NCBI GenBank assembly: GCA_951406725.2
Contig: OX597830.1
Span: 12,028,001 to 12,092,000, forward strand
Reading direction: 5' to 3'
Source: Octopus vulgaris
Taxonomy: Eukaryota
DNA: 64,000 nt
A model generated the notes under the pieces. The model worked only from the letters and a program-made list of their open reading frames with translations, did no database searches and had not been told where the DNA came from. Of this stretch, positions 25,536 through 39,287 are shown one piece after another; within the stretch, counting starts at the first letter, position 1, and each line of letters opens with the position of its first letter. The position numbers were made by a program, and so were the translations under genes.

Positions 25536-26427
25536 GATTACATACATACACACATACACAGATAGATAGATGTTGAAATTCCAATGAAGGAGCCTTGGAT
25601 CTAGGTTAGAAACCGGCTTTTTCTCTATTGGCAAGAAATCTTGAAATAAACTGAATACTGACACACACACACACACACACACACGCACATGCATACATAC
25701 ATACATACATACATACATTCATACATACATTGTTTATTTGTGTGTATACACAATTGTTCCACCCACTTTCCTCCGCACTACATTCCACCCCCCACCCGCC
25801 CCAGTCATCTCTTTAACTGAATTATTCTGCTGCTCTAATTAAATGTGAGCAGAACTGTATACTTCATCTTTTTCCTGATACAACTCATCCCTCTTACTAC
25901 TACCTGGGACCATTATTTTATCCCTCCTTTATTATTATTATTATTACTATTATGATTCTGCAGTTCTTCATCCCCCACCTTATCCCTTTTCTGTTCTATG
26001 AGCCACCTTCTTTCCTTAGGGGAACCCCCAACTTCTGTATCATTTGTCATCACTCAACACCCCCTCTTCCCACCCAGTTTCTATAGTTGTCATCGGTTCT
26101 TCCCTATTCCTTACCTCCCCTACTTATCATTCTTTAACACTTGGTTCCCTCCAAGCCATTCCCCATCTATCACCTTCCAGCTGTCACCTTCTACTTCTCT
26201 CTTGTAACTCCCGGGCCTTCCTGTTCTCCTGTCCTCATTCACACCCCATCCCCAACTCCACACTGACCACTCCCATCCTCTCTTCTACAATGCAAGTAAC
26301 TGTGGATCTACCTACATTAAGATATTTCCTCTGTCCTGGCCCTTTCTTAATGCCATAGTAAGTTTTAGTGGATCATAATCTTGCAGGCTGTTTGGTGACC
26401 TCACTAGTACTGGTTCGATTAAAAAGT

Positions 26428-26838
26428 ACTCTCTTTCTCTTTTCTCTCTTTTACTTGTTTCAGTCATTTGACAGCAGCCATGCTGGAGCACCGCCTTTAG
26501 TCGAGCAACTCGACCCCGGGACTTATTCTTTGTAAGCCCAGTACTTATTCTATCGGTCTCTTTTGCCGAACTGCTAAGTGACGGGGACATAAACACACCA
26601 TCATCGGTTGTCAAGCAATGCTAGGGGGACAAGCACAAACATACACGCACACACACATATATATATATATATACATATATACGACAGGCTTCTTTCAGTT
26701 TCCATCTACCAAATCCACTCACAAGGATTTGGTCGGCCCGAGGCTATAGTAGAAGACACTTGCCCAAGGTACCACGCGGTGGGACTGAACCCGGAACCAT
26801 GTGGCTGGTTAGCAAGCTACTTGCCACACAGCCACTTC
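26428..26838 (-). mobile_element. SINE family A
   Basis: Full body with internal (TA)n. Confidence 0.9.
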
Positions 26839-27135
26839 CCTAAAATTGTTGGACCTGTGCTAAAATTTGAAACCAATAATGAAAATGTCTATTAACTTAA
26901 TTATTTCATTTAAAATCTTAAAAGTTTTGTAGCTCTTCAACTACTTACCAAGATAATGATATGTATTTATTACAAAACAATAATGCCTGTAAACCTATAT
27001 GAGGATGGTATTGCACTGGTCCCAAACAGACTTCATGGAAAATGTGAGAGAAATAGGAAAACACTGTATTACAAGAAATAAGCATTACAGGAATATATCG
27101 TTATTTGTGGAGGATCATATCCAGAGTGATCATAT

Positions 27136-27348
27136 ACTCTTTTACTTGTTTCAGTCATTTGAGTGCGACCATGCTGGAGCAAAACCTTAAATCGAGCAAC
27201 TCGACTCTGGGACTTATTCTTTTGTAAGCCTAGTACTTATTCTATCGGTCTCTTTTGCCGAACCGCTAAGTGACGGGGATATAAACACACCAGCATCGGT
27301 TGTCAAGCAAAGCTAGGGGGACAAACACAGACACACAAACACATGCAC

Positions 27349-27381
<33 letters not shown>

Positions 27382-27547
27382 TACGACGGGCTTCTTTCAG
27401 TTTCCGTCTACCAAATCTACTTACAAGGCTTTGGTGGGCCCGAGGCTATAGTAGAAGACACTTGCCCAAGGTGCCACGCAGTGGGACTGAACCCAGAACC
27501 ATATGGTTGGTAAGCAAGCTACTTACCACACAGCCACTCCTGTGCCT
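27136..27547 (-). mobile_element. SINE family A
   Basis: Full body, head gccactcctgtgcct. Confidence 0.9.
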
Positions 27548-27621
27548 ATATAACTCCTATATAACATGCAAATGTTATGTATGTATGCATTGATGGTAAA
27601 ATACAGGGGCCTACGTGCATT

Positions 27622-27663
<42 letters not shown>

Positions 27664-27677
27664 AGTGTGTGTTTGTG

Positions 27678-27712
<35 letters not shown>

Positions 27713-28094
27713 ATGTGCATGCATGTATGCTTGCATGCACTCTTATTATGTACTCCACAAGTTAAAATTTATACTACCATAAAACAAGCAGCTATGTATG
27801 GTTGACTTACCAGGAATAGCAGCCATATCCCCCTTAAAATCATTATATTATTTTAAACGACATGGTAACCAGTCTTCATAATTTTTAAAAACGACCACTG
27901 CACTAATGTTACCACGAATAGATTAGGAAAAGTTTAACAAGAAAAGCAACAGAGAGAGAGAAAACATATGTTTCCATCCCCCTCTTCATTATCAGTGTTC
28001 TAATATCCATTTTTAAATGCTGGTAGAGTTTGAACAAGAAATCTGCAAGTTGATTTATCAACAGTTTTTGATCATGTGTCATTTTCATTGCCAT

Positions 28095-28260
28095 AGGCGC
28101 AGGAGTGGCTGTGTGGTAAGTAGCTTGCTAACCAACCACATGGTTCCGGGTTCAGTCCTACTGCGTGGCATCTTGGGCAAGTGTCTTCTGCTATAGCCCC
28201 GGGCCGACCAATGCCTTGTGAGTGGATTTGGTAGACGGAAACTGAAAGAAGCCCGTCGTA

Positions 28261-28301
<41 letters not shown>

Positions 28302-28517
28302 ATGTGTTTGTGTGTCTGTGTTTGTCCCCCTAGCATTGCTTGACAACCGATGCTGGTGTGTTTACGTCCCCGTCACTTAGCGGTTCAGCAAAGAGACCGA
28401 TAGAATAAATACTAGGCTTACAAAGAATAAGTCCTGGGGTCGATTTGCTCGACTAAAGGCGGTGCTCTAGCATGGCCGCAGTCAAATGACTGAAACAAGT
28501 AAAAGAGTAAAAGAGTA
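28095..28517 (+). mobile_element. SINE family A, full length
   Basis: aggcgcaggagtggctgtgtgg...aaaagagtaaaagagt. Confidence 0.92.
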
Positions 28518-29359
28518 TATACTCATATCTGAAGTCTAAGTTGATTTATCAACAGTTTTTGACCCTGTGTCATTTTAATTGCCGTTATACCCATATCTGA
28601 AGTTCTGATGTCTCCTTTTCTTTCTAAGCAATTTTTTTCCAACTTTCTAATATTACATATCTGTATTACATATAGTTGCTTTTCTGCATGTTTGGTTGAT
28701 GTTTTTAAAGCATAGCTGCTTTGCTAGCTCACACAAGCTAATGTTCCACGTTAAATGGTTTGTGACTGACTCATATTCCTCCTATATCTATATCTCATAG
28801 AATTTATTATACAAGCATTAATATCTGTGGCATAAAAGAGCCTTTACCAATGTTTTAACTAAGGTCTTGAATGAATTTGAAAACCTTATATTCTGAAATT
28901 AATTATAAGATTTTAAGACTTCATGGTGAAATAGATTTGTTATGTTGCCATTTAAATATAGTATTTCAAGCATTGAATTGTTCCAGATATTCACTGAGGT
29001 AACTAAGACAGCATGCATGGTTCTGACTGCTCTGAAGCTGAATGATATTCATCTAAATTGGAATTGTAATTCTTTAGCATTTTATGTTCTCTCTTGGAAC
29101 TAAAAATTGTTTTAGAACAAGTTTAGAAATACCCGTTTTTTTTTTTATGAAGAACTAATTAATTCATATGCTCCTTAATGTGTAGTATGATTATTTTGTT
29201 ATATGAATATAAATAGCAAAATTAATAATTCTGTAAATACTTTTATTGTAGATAGTTTAGATAATCATAAATGTGCAAATTACAAGTAATATAGTTCTTT
29301 AACTTTTGTTTACCATTTTCCTCATATATGAGAAGTAGTATGAGCATTCATTTCATATT

Positions 29360-29773
29360 ACTCTTTTTTCTCTTTTATTTGTTTCAGTCATTTGACTGTG
29401 GCCATGCTGGAGCATCGCCTTTAGTCAAGCAAATCGACCCCAGGACTTATTCTTTGTAAGCCTAGTACTTATTCTATCGGTCTCTTTTGCCGAACCGCTA
29501 AGTTACGGGGACGTAAACACACCATCATCGGTTGTCAAGCGATGTTGGGGGGACAAACACAGACACACACAAACATATCCACATGCACACACACACACAC
29601 ACATATATACGACAGGCTTCTTTCAGTTTCCGTCTACCAAATCCACTCACAAGGCTTTGGTTGGCCCGAGGCTATAGCAGAAGACACTTGCCCAAGGTGC
29701 CACGCAATGGGACTGAACTCAGAACCATGTGGTTCATAAGCAAGCTACTTACCACACAGCCACTCCTACACCT
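29360..29773 (-). mobile_element. SINE family A
   Basis: Full body. Confidence 0.9.
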
Positions 29774-31037
29774 ATAAACTAATAATTCTCAAGAATGTAT
29801 TTGTAAAGATTCAAATTTTCTAAAGCTGGATACATATACAATTTCTGTGAGAATATATCATTATTCTAATGTTTGGGGAAGATGTTAATTTTTGTCATTG
29901 ATTTTATTCTATGTGCAAGGTACATTGCCAATAATTTTCCTGATGAGTATTGATCAAATTCTATAGAATATTCATTGATATTTTGTCTTGATTAAATGGA
30001 GACTTGGATGCTGCTTCTCTGCTTTAGTCTTAGGCAAGTTTACTTGCCTTTAGATATCAAAAATGAAACTGATTTAGCTTTATAGTGATTTACTTGCTGT
30101 TAAAAATGGCATATCCAAATTTATAATTGACACTAGTGTAGAAAAAATGTGTGTAAAAGTCTGTTCACTCATTTGTATATATTTTAAGGATGTATATACT
30201 TACTAATAAACGTCTGATTTCATTAAGTGTATTATTTTTATGTTGCCTCTTGCAATCTTATATTAGACATATGAAATCTTAGATTGCATACTCTTGGTGA
30301 AGAGCACTTGTAAAAGGATGGTGTGTTTACTAAATTGTGAAGTGGCAATTGTTAGAACAACATGCTGTGTTTTAAGATATTTTCATGCTATTTAGCTTTA
30401 TCAAGAATAGCAGGGCTTTGTAAAAGGAAATGGAAATGTCAATATAATAATTTAATCAGATTAAAATTATTCTGCCCAAATATCTTTTGCATTAAGTTTT
30501 ATTTTTATAATATTTATATTTCAAAAACTTTTTTTATCATAACCATAAATTTGAGAGTTTTTAGTTATTATTTTATATTGATATGACTTGGCTTTAAAAT
30601 ATAGAAGCAAAGCTTGGAATTGAGAGGCCAGAAGGTTAGTATAGGAAAGAGGAAGGTTTTAATAAGTATGAAAGAAAAAAATAGTTTTGCCGCCATCTAT
30701 GAAGTGCCTATACTTGACATGTAGAAAAAAGAGATGGTATGAACTATATGCTGTGTACAAATGCAAATAGCAAATGTACAATGTATGTAGTGGCCTTTCA
30801 GTGATGAAGGGCTTCATGCAAAATAGGTACATGGGTGTTTTTAGCTGTAAGGCACAGGCATGGCTGCATGATAAGAAGCTTGCTTCCCAATTGCATGGTA
30901 CAGGGTTCATTACCACTGTATGGTACCTTGGGTAGGTGTTCTTCTACTATAGCCTTGGGCTGAGCAAAGACTTGTGAGTGAATTTGGTAGACAGAAACTG
31001 AAAGAAGCCCGTTATTTGTTTGTTTGTATGTATGTAT

Positions 31038-31080
<43 letters not shown>

Positions 31081-31111
31081 CACACATACATAAATATATA
31101 TATATACATAT

Positions 31112-31142
<31 letters not shown>

Positions 31143-31204
31143 CACACACATATACATACATACATACATACATACATAAATACATACATACATACATACA
31201 TACA

Positions 31205-31237
<33 letters not shown>

Positions 31238-31349
31238 GAATGTGGAAAACGTTCTGTGAACGACTACTTATGCTGGCAGAACTTAAATTCTAAAAGAGTA
31301 ATGTGGAGCACAAAAAAAGTTTCTGCCCCTTAAGAATGATTTTGCCTGA

Positions 31350-31552
31350 CCCTTTAGCATTCAGATTATTTTATCAGATGTAAAGCTTATTTGTTCACAT
31401 TAATCTCATGTCTTCAAGATTTTGCTGATGTGATTGCTTATTTTTAGAATAACATTGTAGAATAAATGCAAGAGAGACCAGATCTGACCAGTTTGAACAT
31501 AAAAACAGGTAGAATATTTAGGCCAGATACAGCTGGTTCAAATGCTAAAGGG
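31350..31552. mobile_element. piggyBac-type MITE (second family, older)
   Basis: CCCTTTAGCATT ... AATGCTAAAGGG|TTAA; left TSD decayed. Confidence 0.7.
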
Positions 31553-31684
31553 TTAATATGTATGAATTCGGTATAAACTCAGTACTCTGTTCTTAGTACG
31601 ACAAAAGATGCCTGACTAAATGTCATATAAACAGAACTTTAATGTGACAAATGCACATGAAATGAAGTTCACAACATTTCAGAA

Positions 31685-31839
31685 GGCTGTGTGGTAAGTA
31701 GCTTGCTAACCAACCACATGGTTCCGGGTTCAGTCCCACTGCGTGGCATCTTGGGCAAGTGTCTTCTGCTATAGACCCGGGCTGACCAATGCCTTGTGAG
31801 TGGATTTGGTAGACGGAAAACTGAAAGAAGCCTGTCGTA

Positions 31840-31890
<51 letters not shown>

Positions 31891-32110
31891 ATGTGTTTGT
31901 GTGTCTGTGTTTGTCCCCCTAGCATTGCTTGACAACCGATGCTGGTGTGTTTACGTCACTTAGCAGTTCGGCAAAAGAGACCGATAGAATAAGTACTGGG
32001 CTTACAAAGGATAAGTCCCGAGGTTGATTTGCTCGACTAAAAGGCGGTGCTCCAGCATGGCCGCAGTCAAATGACTGAAACAAGTAAAAAAGTAAAAGAG
32101 TAAAAGAGTA
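31685..32110 (+). mobile_element. SINE family A
   Basis: ggctgtgtggtaag...aaaagagtaaaagagt. Confidence 0.9.
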
Positions 32111-32888
32111 ACTAAATCATCGGCATTATTTTCATTCAACACATCAGCTGCAGGCTGGAAGAAACCCTCAGGAAAGCCCCACACCAGATGAATGGATGTG
32201 ATTGGGGAAGATCTTCAGGGCATTCATGTCACCTTGGAGGATGCAGAAGGGCTGATATAGGACTGCCAGGGATGGAGAGCACTGGTGGACCGAGTTGGCA
32301 CTACACATCATGACGCCTCTGGGATCACTAACTTGGAATGACCCCAGCTCCATCAAGCAAGAGCTTGAAGCCAAGCCAACTAGTTAATGCAATTAGTACT
32401 CAAATGCATTCATGTGATATTTATAAATCCTAGGCATAGAAATGGGTGGGACAAGTTTGGAGAACTTTTATCAGTGTTGATAACAAGAAGAAAAAGGAGA
32501 AACAAACAAACAGTTGCTTGACCTGCTACAAATAGCAGTCAGACATCTCTCACTTTGCAGCCTATGTACGTGCCTGCATACATAACGTTATATACATGTG
32601 TGTGTGTATGTGTGTGTGTGTGTGTCTGTGCGTGTGGAGGCTTGAGGGCTAGTAGCTAGGGCTTGTACTCATCACTGAAAGATTGTGGTTTCAATTCTTG
32701 AACCTGGTGGTACATTGTGTTCCTGAGCAAAACTTTACGTTGCTCCATTCCTCCCCTGTTAGTGAAAGTATGTAATCCTATGAAGGACCAACTTCCAATC
32801 AATTGGAGGAATGTATACATCACAAGACCAAGAAAACTGACCTTATGAAGCTATGGCTTGGGAATGACCTTTGATCCTTTCTTTCCTT

Positions 32889-32939
<51 letters not shown>

Positions 32940-32974
32940 CACACACACATTTACATATGTATGTATATATTTCT

Positions 32975-33200
32975 GTACTGTCCTCAAGGGGCTAAACACA
33001 GAGAGGACAAACAAGGACAGACAAACGGATTAAGTCGATTACATCGACCCCAGTGCGTAACTGGTACTTAATTTATCGACCCCGAAAGGATGAAAGGCAA
33101 AGTTGACTACGACAGAATTTGAACTCAGAACATAACTGCAGACGAAATACAGCTACACATTTCGCCCGGCATGCTAAGGTTCCTACCAGCTCGCCGCCTT
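32975..33200 (-). mobile_element. SINE family D
   Basis: Near-identical to 13535-13778. Confidence 0.85.
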
Positions 33201-33268
33201 TACATATGTATGTATAAGTACATATATGTATATGTATATATATACATATGTGTATGTATAATATATAC

Positions 33269-33377
<109 letters not shown>

Positions 33378-33523
33378 TGTATATATATGTATGTATATAC
33401 ATATATGTATATATGTATGTATATATATATATGTATATATATGTATGTATATACATATAAGTATATATATATGTATGTATATACATATGTGTATATATAT
33501 GTGTATACATACATGTGTGTCTG

Positions 33524-33567
<44 letters not shown>

Positions 33568-34449
33568 CATATATATACAGATACGGAAATAATTTTATTC
33601 TCAAATGCAGGAAAATGCTAATAATATAGCATAAACAGGATAAACTATCCTTATTTTGCAGAAGAATCTGGAATTAAAAATGTATGCATCTCGAGAAAAA
33701 GATGCATAGAATCTAACCAATTGTTATGCATTTTTCCATTTAAAATAAAACATCACTACACATACATTGGATTAATATGGACATACAGATATGTTTCATA
33801 AGGACATAGTTTGGATCATAGCCCCTTATATACACCATACACATAACCCCTTATATACACAATGCACATATCTATATACAAATATTGTTGTCAGTTTTAA
33901 TGGGCGGTAACAATTTTGGTTTCTTTTGAAAATATGGTATGAATGGTATAGGTACTTAGTTTCTTATGAATATTAAATGTTTCAAGACAATTCTAAGAGT
34001 TACTCTGCACTAGAATGGTGATTCTTTTGGAAAGGAAATTCTAGCTGCAGTAATTTGCGATTTGTCTCTTATAATGCCATATAACACTCAATATTTTCCA
34101 ATAATTCAAATTCTGCTGAGGTCATCCTTGCCTTTCATCCTTTTGAGATTGATAAAATAAGTACCAGCTGAGCGCTGGGGTTAATGTAATTCACTTAACC
34201 CCTTCCTCAGACTTGCTGGCCTTAGGCCAAAATTTGAAACCGATATTTTCCAGGAATTCTAACATCCTATAAGCAATTCAAAAGTTGAATAAGTTCATAT
34301 ACATGTGAGAAGAAATAAAAGTGTAAAGGGAGCTCTTCAGATGTTAAACTTTTAATCTTCTTCATAGATTATCATTGATTTCTTTGGATTTCACTGTTTT
34401 CTTTTCTAAGATGACATTCATGGAAATTTTTATACATTTTTATAAAATA

Positions 34450-34847
34450 CTAGCAGTATCGCCCGGCGTTGCTCGGGTTTGTAAGGGAAATAACTATATA
34501 AGCATTTTTAGAGAGTTATAGCCAAAAAATAGCAAAAAAATGCATTAAAAATGGAAAAAAATGATGGTAAATTTTTTTAAAAATCGTTGACTCATCGTAG
34601 ACATTTTTAGAGAGTTACTTCCCTTATATAATAGCGAAAAAAATGCATTTAAATGGAAAAAAATTATGGTAAATTTTTTTTTAAATCGTAGACTCATCGT
34701 AGACGTGCTCTAATACCCAGAAGGGCTCGATATGAATCACGACTATAAGATACCCGCTTTTGGTTAAACTGCACCTCAAAATGTGGGAGTAGGTAGGAAT
34801 CTAAATCGTAGGAGACAGATACACAACTTCACTTTTATATATAAAGA
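34450..34847 (-). mobile_element. Non-autonomous Helitron (family H2)
   Basis: - strand A|TCTTTATATATAAAAG ... cccgagcaacgccggg hairpin ... CTAG|T; internal tandem duplication; near-identical to 38271-38667. Confidence 0.8.
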
Positions 34848-35209
34848 TTTTCTATTGAGTATGTTAAGTAAAATTAGTCAATACTAAAAGCAACAATGAA
34901 ATGAAGTTTATGAACTGTTGAAAGGGTTCAGAGAGAAGTTGGTAGTTTCCAGTTATTTAAAATTCTAGTATTGAACTCAACTTCTTGTTTCTCACTTTCA
35001 GGTCTGTTAGAAAAACCAGACATGTCTCGGTTCAATTTGATTGACAGAGCCAGTCCAAATACGCAGGCTTCTGTCAGTGTTAGATATTAATAGTCTTAGA
35101 TATTTATAATCTAGTCCAACCCATGCCAGCATGGAGCAGGAATGGTAAATGATGATGATGATGATGATGACAATGATAGTGATAGTGGTGGTGGTGGTGG
35201 TGGTGCCAT

Positions 35210-35440
35210 ACTCTCTCTTTAATCTTTTACTTGTTTCAGTCATTTGACTGTGGCCATGCTGGAGCACCGCCTTTAGTCGAGCAAATCGACCCCAGGACTT
35301 ATTCTTTGTAAGCCCAGTACTTATTCTATCGGTCTCTTTTGCCGAACCGCTAACTGACGGGGACGTAAACACACCAGCATCGGTTGTCAAGCAATGCTAG
35401 GGGGACAAACACAGACACACAAACATATACATACACATAC

Positions 35441-35473
<33 letters not shown>

Positions 35474-35479
35474 CATATA

Positions 35480-35535
<56 letters not shown>

Positions 35536-35701
35536 TATGACAGGCTTCTTTCAGTTTCCGTCTACCAAATCCACTCACAAGGCATTGGTCGGCCCGGGGC
35601 TATAGCAGAAGACACTTGCCCAAGATGCCATGCAGTGGGACTGAACCCGGAACCATGTGGTTGGTAAGCAAGCTACTTACCACACAGCCACTCCTGCGCC
35701 T
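35210..35701 (-). mobile_element. SINE family A with expanded internal (TA)n
   Basis: Full body. Confidence 0.92.
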
Positions 35702-36659
35702 ATGTGAATGAATTTACAAGGTTCTATCAACCTATTTGATAGAGGAGCACTCAGACACTTCTAGAAAATTCTGATTACAATGAAATCAAATTTTCCCAAG
35801 TTTTTATTGTATAGATGTTCATCATACACAGATGGTCAGTCAGCAGATAGTAAAAAGCAAATATAATGGAAATGCTAACCTAATATCCATATTCTATTGG
35901 GATTTATAATTTTATGCATACTAAACGTATATGTAGGAATACTTGGTACTTGAAATTCACTAATAAGCAAATCCTTTGTATACTTCCCATCGTTCGTAGA
36001 GAAGTAGTTCTTTCCTGTCCAAAGAGCCAGTTTTCATTAGCACACTTAGTAGCACACAAAGTTTTATAGCATCAATTTATGTGTATTTTGAAGTCCAACA
36101 GTTTTAATATTTGAGCTGTAGCTGGAGTTTTGTGACAGAAGAAAATACTAACAGTTTGCTCTTTTCATATTGTCTGTTTTTTACTTGGGTGTTGAGTTCT
36201 ACAGAAATGTAAGTGTAAAAATGCTATTATTGCGGACTTTTTTAAAACTATTTTTCGATTATATTTTGTATGAATTATATCTTAACAAATGGAGAGACTA
36301 CCTAAAACATTTACTTAATAGTTTACTTAGAGCTGATTTAATTTTGTATTCAAATAACATTATTTTTTTAATAATGTACCTGGCTATATAGATTTCAATT
36401 TTTAATCGAAAATGTAAAAAAAAAAGTCAATAATATTTGAAGTTTGTAAAATCAGTAATTATAGGAATGTCTAAACTTAATGATACATACATACATGCAT
36501 GCATACATAACTGTGTTTCTGTAAATGTATAGAAATACATGTGTATATATATCTATATATATACCTATATATATATATATATAAATACTTTTATATATGT
36601 ATATATATTTACATGTATGTATGTATATGAGTGTATATACATATATATAAATGTATACA

Positions 36660-36707
<48 letters not shown>

Positions 36708-36956
36708 TTATGAGAGGTAATGGTGTTAAGGAGACCCAAAGGTGTCAGGTAATGCTGAGTAAGTGCTATGGACAGTCCATAGTTAAGCTCCAGGTTCGGT
36801 GATTATGCAAGTTCTAAAAACTTCACAGCCTTGGTTTTTTTATCTCATTCTGAAAAAAAATTATATATATATAAACAGTTGCAGCATGGAAGGTGTTTAT
36901 GAGCCATTTAAGAAACACACAAAAACCGTTAGATTCACTTCAACATTTAAATTTAA

Positions 36957-37007
36957 TTTGTCAAAATATTTTAGTCGCTTTGAGGCCGCGACCTGTTCAC
37001 TGACAAA
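36957..37007 (-). ncRNA. Degenerate hammerhead-like motif with swapped G3:C8 core pair
   Basis: - strand uuuguca GUGAACA g gucgc ggccucaaa gcgac UAA AAUAUU U ugacaaa; stem I 7 bp, stem II 5 bp; position 12 is U rather than G. Confidence 0.4.
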
Positions 37008-37593
37008 ACTTCGTGCTGACTTGCTATGCAAGTACATCTCCGTATATATATATATATATATATATATAAATTATTTGCAAACAACTTGTTGATGCAAGTG
37101 CTACCAGTTGAAAGTTCTGAAAGTTCTGTATACCAGACACTAGCAGGCTTATAGTGTTATGAGGTCAGGAGAAAATGCACGCCATTTTGAGGCCTTCTTC
37201 TCAACAGCATTATTACGCATTGGCTGCCCTCACTGAGAAGCCCCACTTTCTGGATCAACTCGTCAACAGACTTCATTCAATATTCTTCTAGCTATTGTTC
37301 ATCATCTCTTTTTGAGTAGATCCAGTAGCTTGCTTTCTCCAATACAGCCTGGGTATCACTGATGATGGTATTTGCATTATGATGAGATATATTTAGGTGC
37401 AGGCATGACTGTGTGGCAAGGAGTTTGCTTTCCAACCACATGGTTCCGGATTCAGTCTCCTGTGTGGCACCTTGGGCAACTGTCTTCTACTACAGCCTTA
37501 TGCCAACCAAAGCCTTGTGAGTGGGTTTGGTAGATGAAAACGGAAAGAAGCCTGGTGTATATATATACATATACATACATATACATACATATA

Positions 37594-37651
<58 letters not shown>

Positions 37652-37862
37652 TATATATATTCATATATTCATATATTCATATATATCTTATAAATTCATT
37701 TAGGTAATGTTAGGGGTATGCAAAATAAAGCTCCTATTTCATTACGCTGATTACCGTTTAATGATTTTCAGGGTTGCATCATATAATTATACCGATATAA
37801 TGTGTGATAAATATAATAATAACAACAATAATACCAGGATGGAGTTTATAAATATTTAATAC

Positions 37863-37983
37863 ATCGCTACATATATTTCCACAGATCAGATGATTTTGGC
37901 ATCAGAGTCAGTATCCTTGGGATTAGTACAGTATAGTCCATATTATCTGTGGGCATCATCATTGATCCATTTCATTAGGCGAT
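37863..37983 (-). ncRNA. Degenerate hammerhead with long stem II (PLE terminal repeat relic)
   Basis: - strand aucgc CUAAUGA a auggauca ... ugaucugu g GAAA uauau GUA gcgau; G5A change. Confidence 0.5.
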
Positions 37984-38270
37984 ACTGTAGAATTGGATGA
38001 ATCACAGAGGGATGTTTATCCTTCTGGCCATTATTAACAATGAAGAGATACCTTCAAATCCATCTCTTAACCGATTCTGTTGTCAGAAAATGTCGCTTAA
38101 TTCTGCAGAAACAAACAGCAGGATGATAGTTTTGTTTTTCTTTTAAATACCATCGATAATACGATTCTTGATACATAAAAAGGCAAAAAAATTCAGTAAC
38201 AATCTGCTCAAATTTCTCCATTTCAAACAGAGGTTCTAGCATCTATCAAACGAGGTAAATTTATACAAAA

Positions 38271-38667
38271 CTAGCAGTATCGCCTGGCGTTGCTCGGGTT
38301 TGTAAGGGAAATAACTATATAAGCATTTTTAGAGAGTTATAGCCAAAAAATAGCAAAAAATGCATTAAAAATGGAAAAAAATGATGGTAAATTTTTTTTT
38401 ACATCGTTGACTCATCGTAGACATTTTTAGAGAGTAACTTCCCTTATATAATAGCGAAAAAAATGCATTAAAATGGAAAAAAATTATGGTAAATTTTTTT
38501 TTAAATCGTAGACTCATCGTAGACGCGCGCTAATACCCAGAAGGGCTCGATATGAATCACGACTATAAGATACCCGCTTTTGGTTAAACTGCATCGCAAA
38601 ATGTGGGAGTAGTTAGGAATCTAAATTGTAGGAGACAGACACACAACTTGACTTTTATATATAAAGA
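38271..38667 (-). mobile_element. Non-autonomous Helitron (family H2)
   Basis: Second copy of 34450-34847 with TC...CTAG ends in an AT target. Confidence 0.8.
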
Positions 38668-39037
38668 TATCTATAAAAACTGTATGTAGTGTATTCATTT
38701 ATATACGTCTTCCATGAGAAACTAGCTGATAATATCCGATGATAATATCTCATGATTGAAAATGAATTTATTATGAGTTGGAACAGTTATAAATTTAAAT
38801 AACAGTTTTAGAAAAGATAATTTATATACTGTGTGACAGTTGTAAAATGGTTGACCCATTCTGTAAGAACATGCCAGCCCACCGGGAAATATTATGTAGC
38901 TTGGTGAGGATTGGCAACAGGAAGAGTATACAACTTTAGAAAATCTGTTTCAAAAAACTCTATTCAACCCATACAAATATGAGAGACTGAACATTAAATT
39001 GATGGTGATGATGATGATGATGATATATATATACATA

Positions 39038-39287
39038 TCGTTGCTATTATGCAAAAGTGTTGTAAGTCCAAAATGTTGCTTTTTCAGAAAACGAAAAGAT
39101 TGTTTCACTATTCCATAGTAAAGCCATTTATACTACACTTGGACAATTTTTCATATCTTGGCATCTGAAGCAGTTGGAGATACGATAGTTTGACTGAAAG
39201 AACCGGCTGTCGCAAGCAAAAATAAATATTGAAAATAATGCATTTGGCCAAATTTGGACATACGACAGTTTAACATAGTAGCAATGA
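39038..39287. mobile_element. Old MITE flanked by TA (Tc1/mariner-like)
   Basis: Imperfect TIRs tcgttgctattatg..tgttgtaagtccaaa / tttggacatacgaca..catagtagcaatga. Confidence 0.55.

Noticed and set aside
25348-25584. C2H2 zinc-finger gene exon
   Set aside because: Followed directly by a repeated LINE tail and microsatellite; it is a retrotransposon ORF2 end.
25760-26340. C/U-rich sense-strand tract (also 17320-17660) as a PCBP autoregulatory site
   Set aside because: Both tracts lead into the same retroelement tail motif (ggtgacct..tagt), so they are more simply decayed LINE 3' UTRs.
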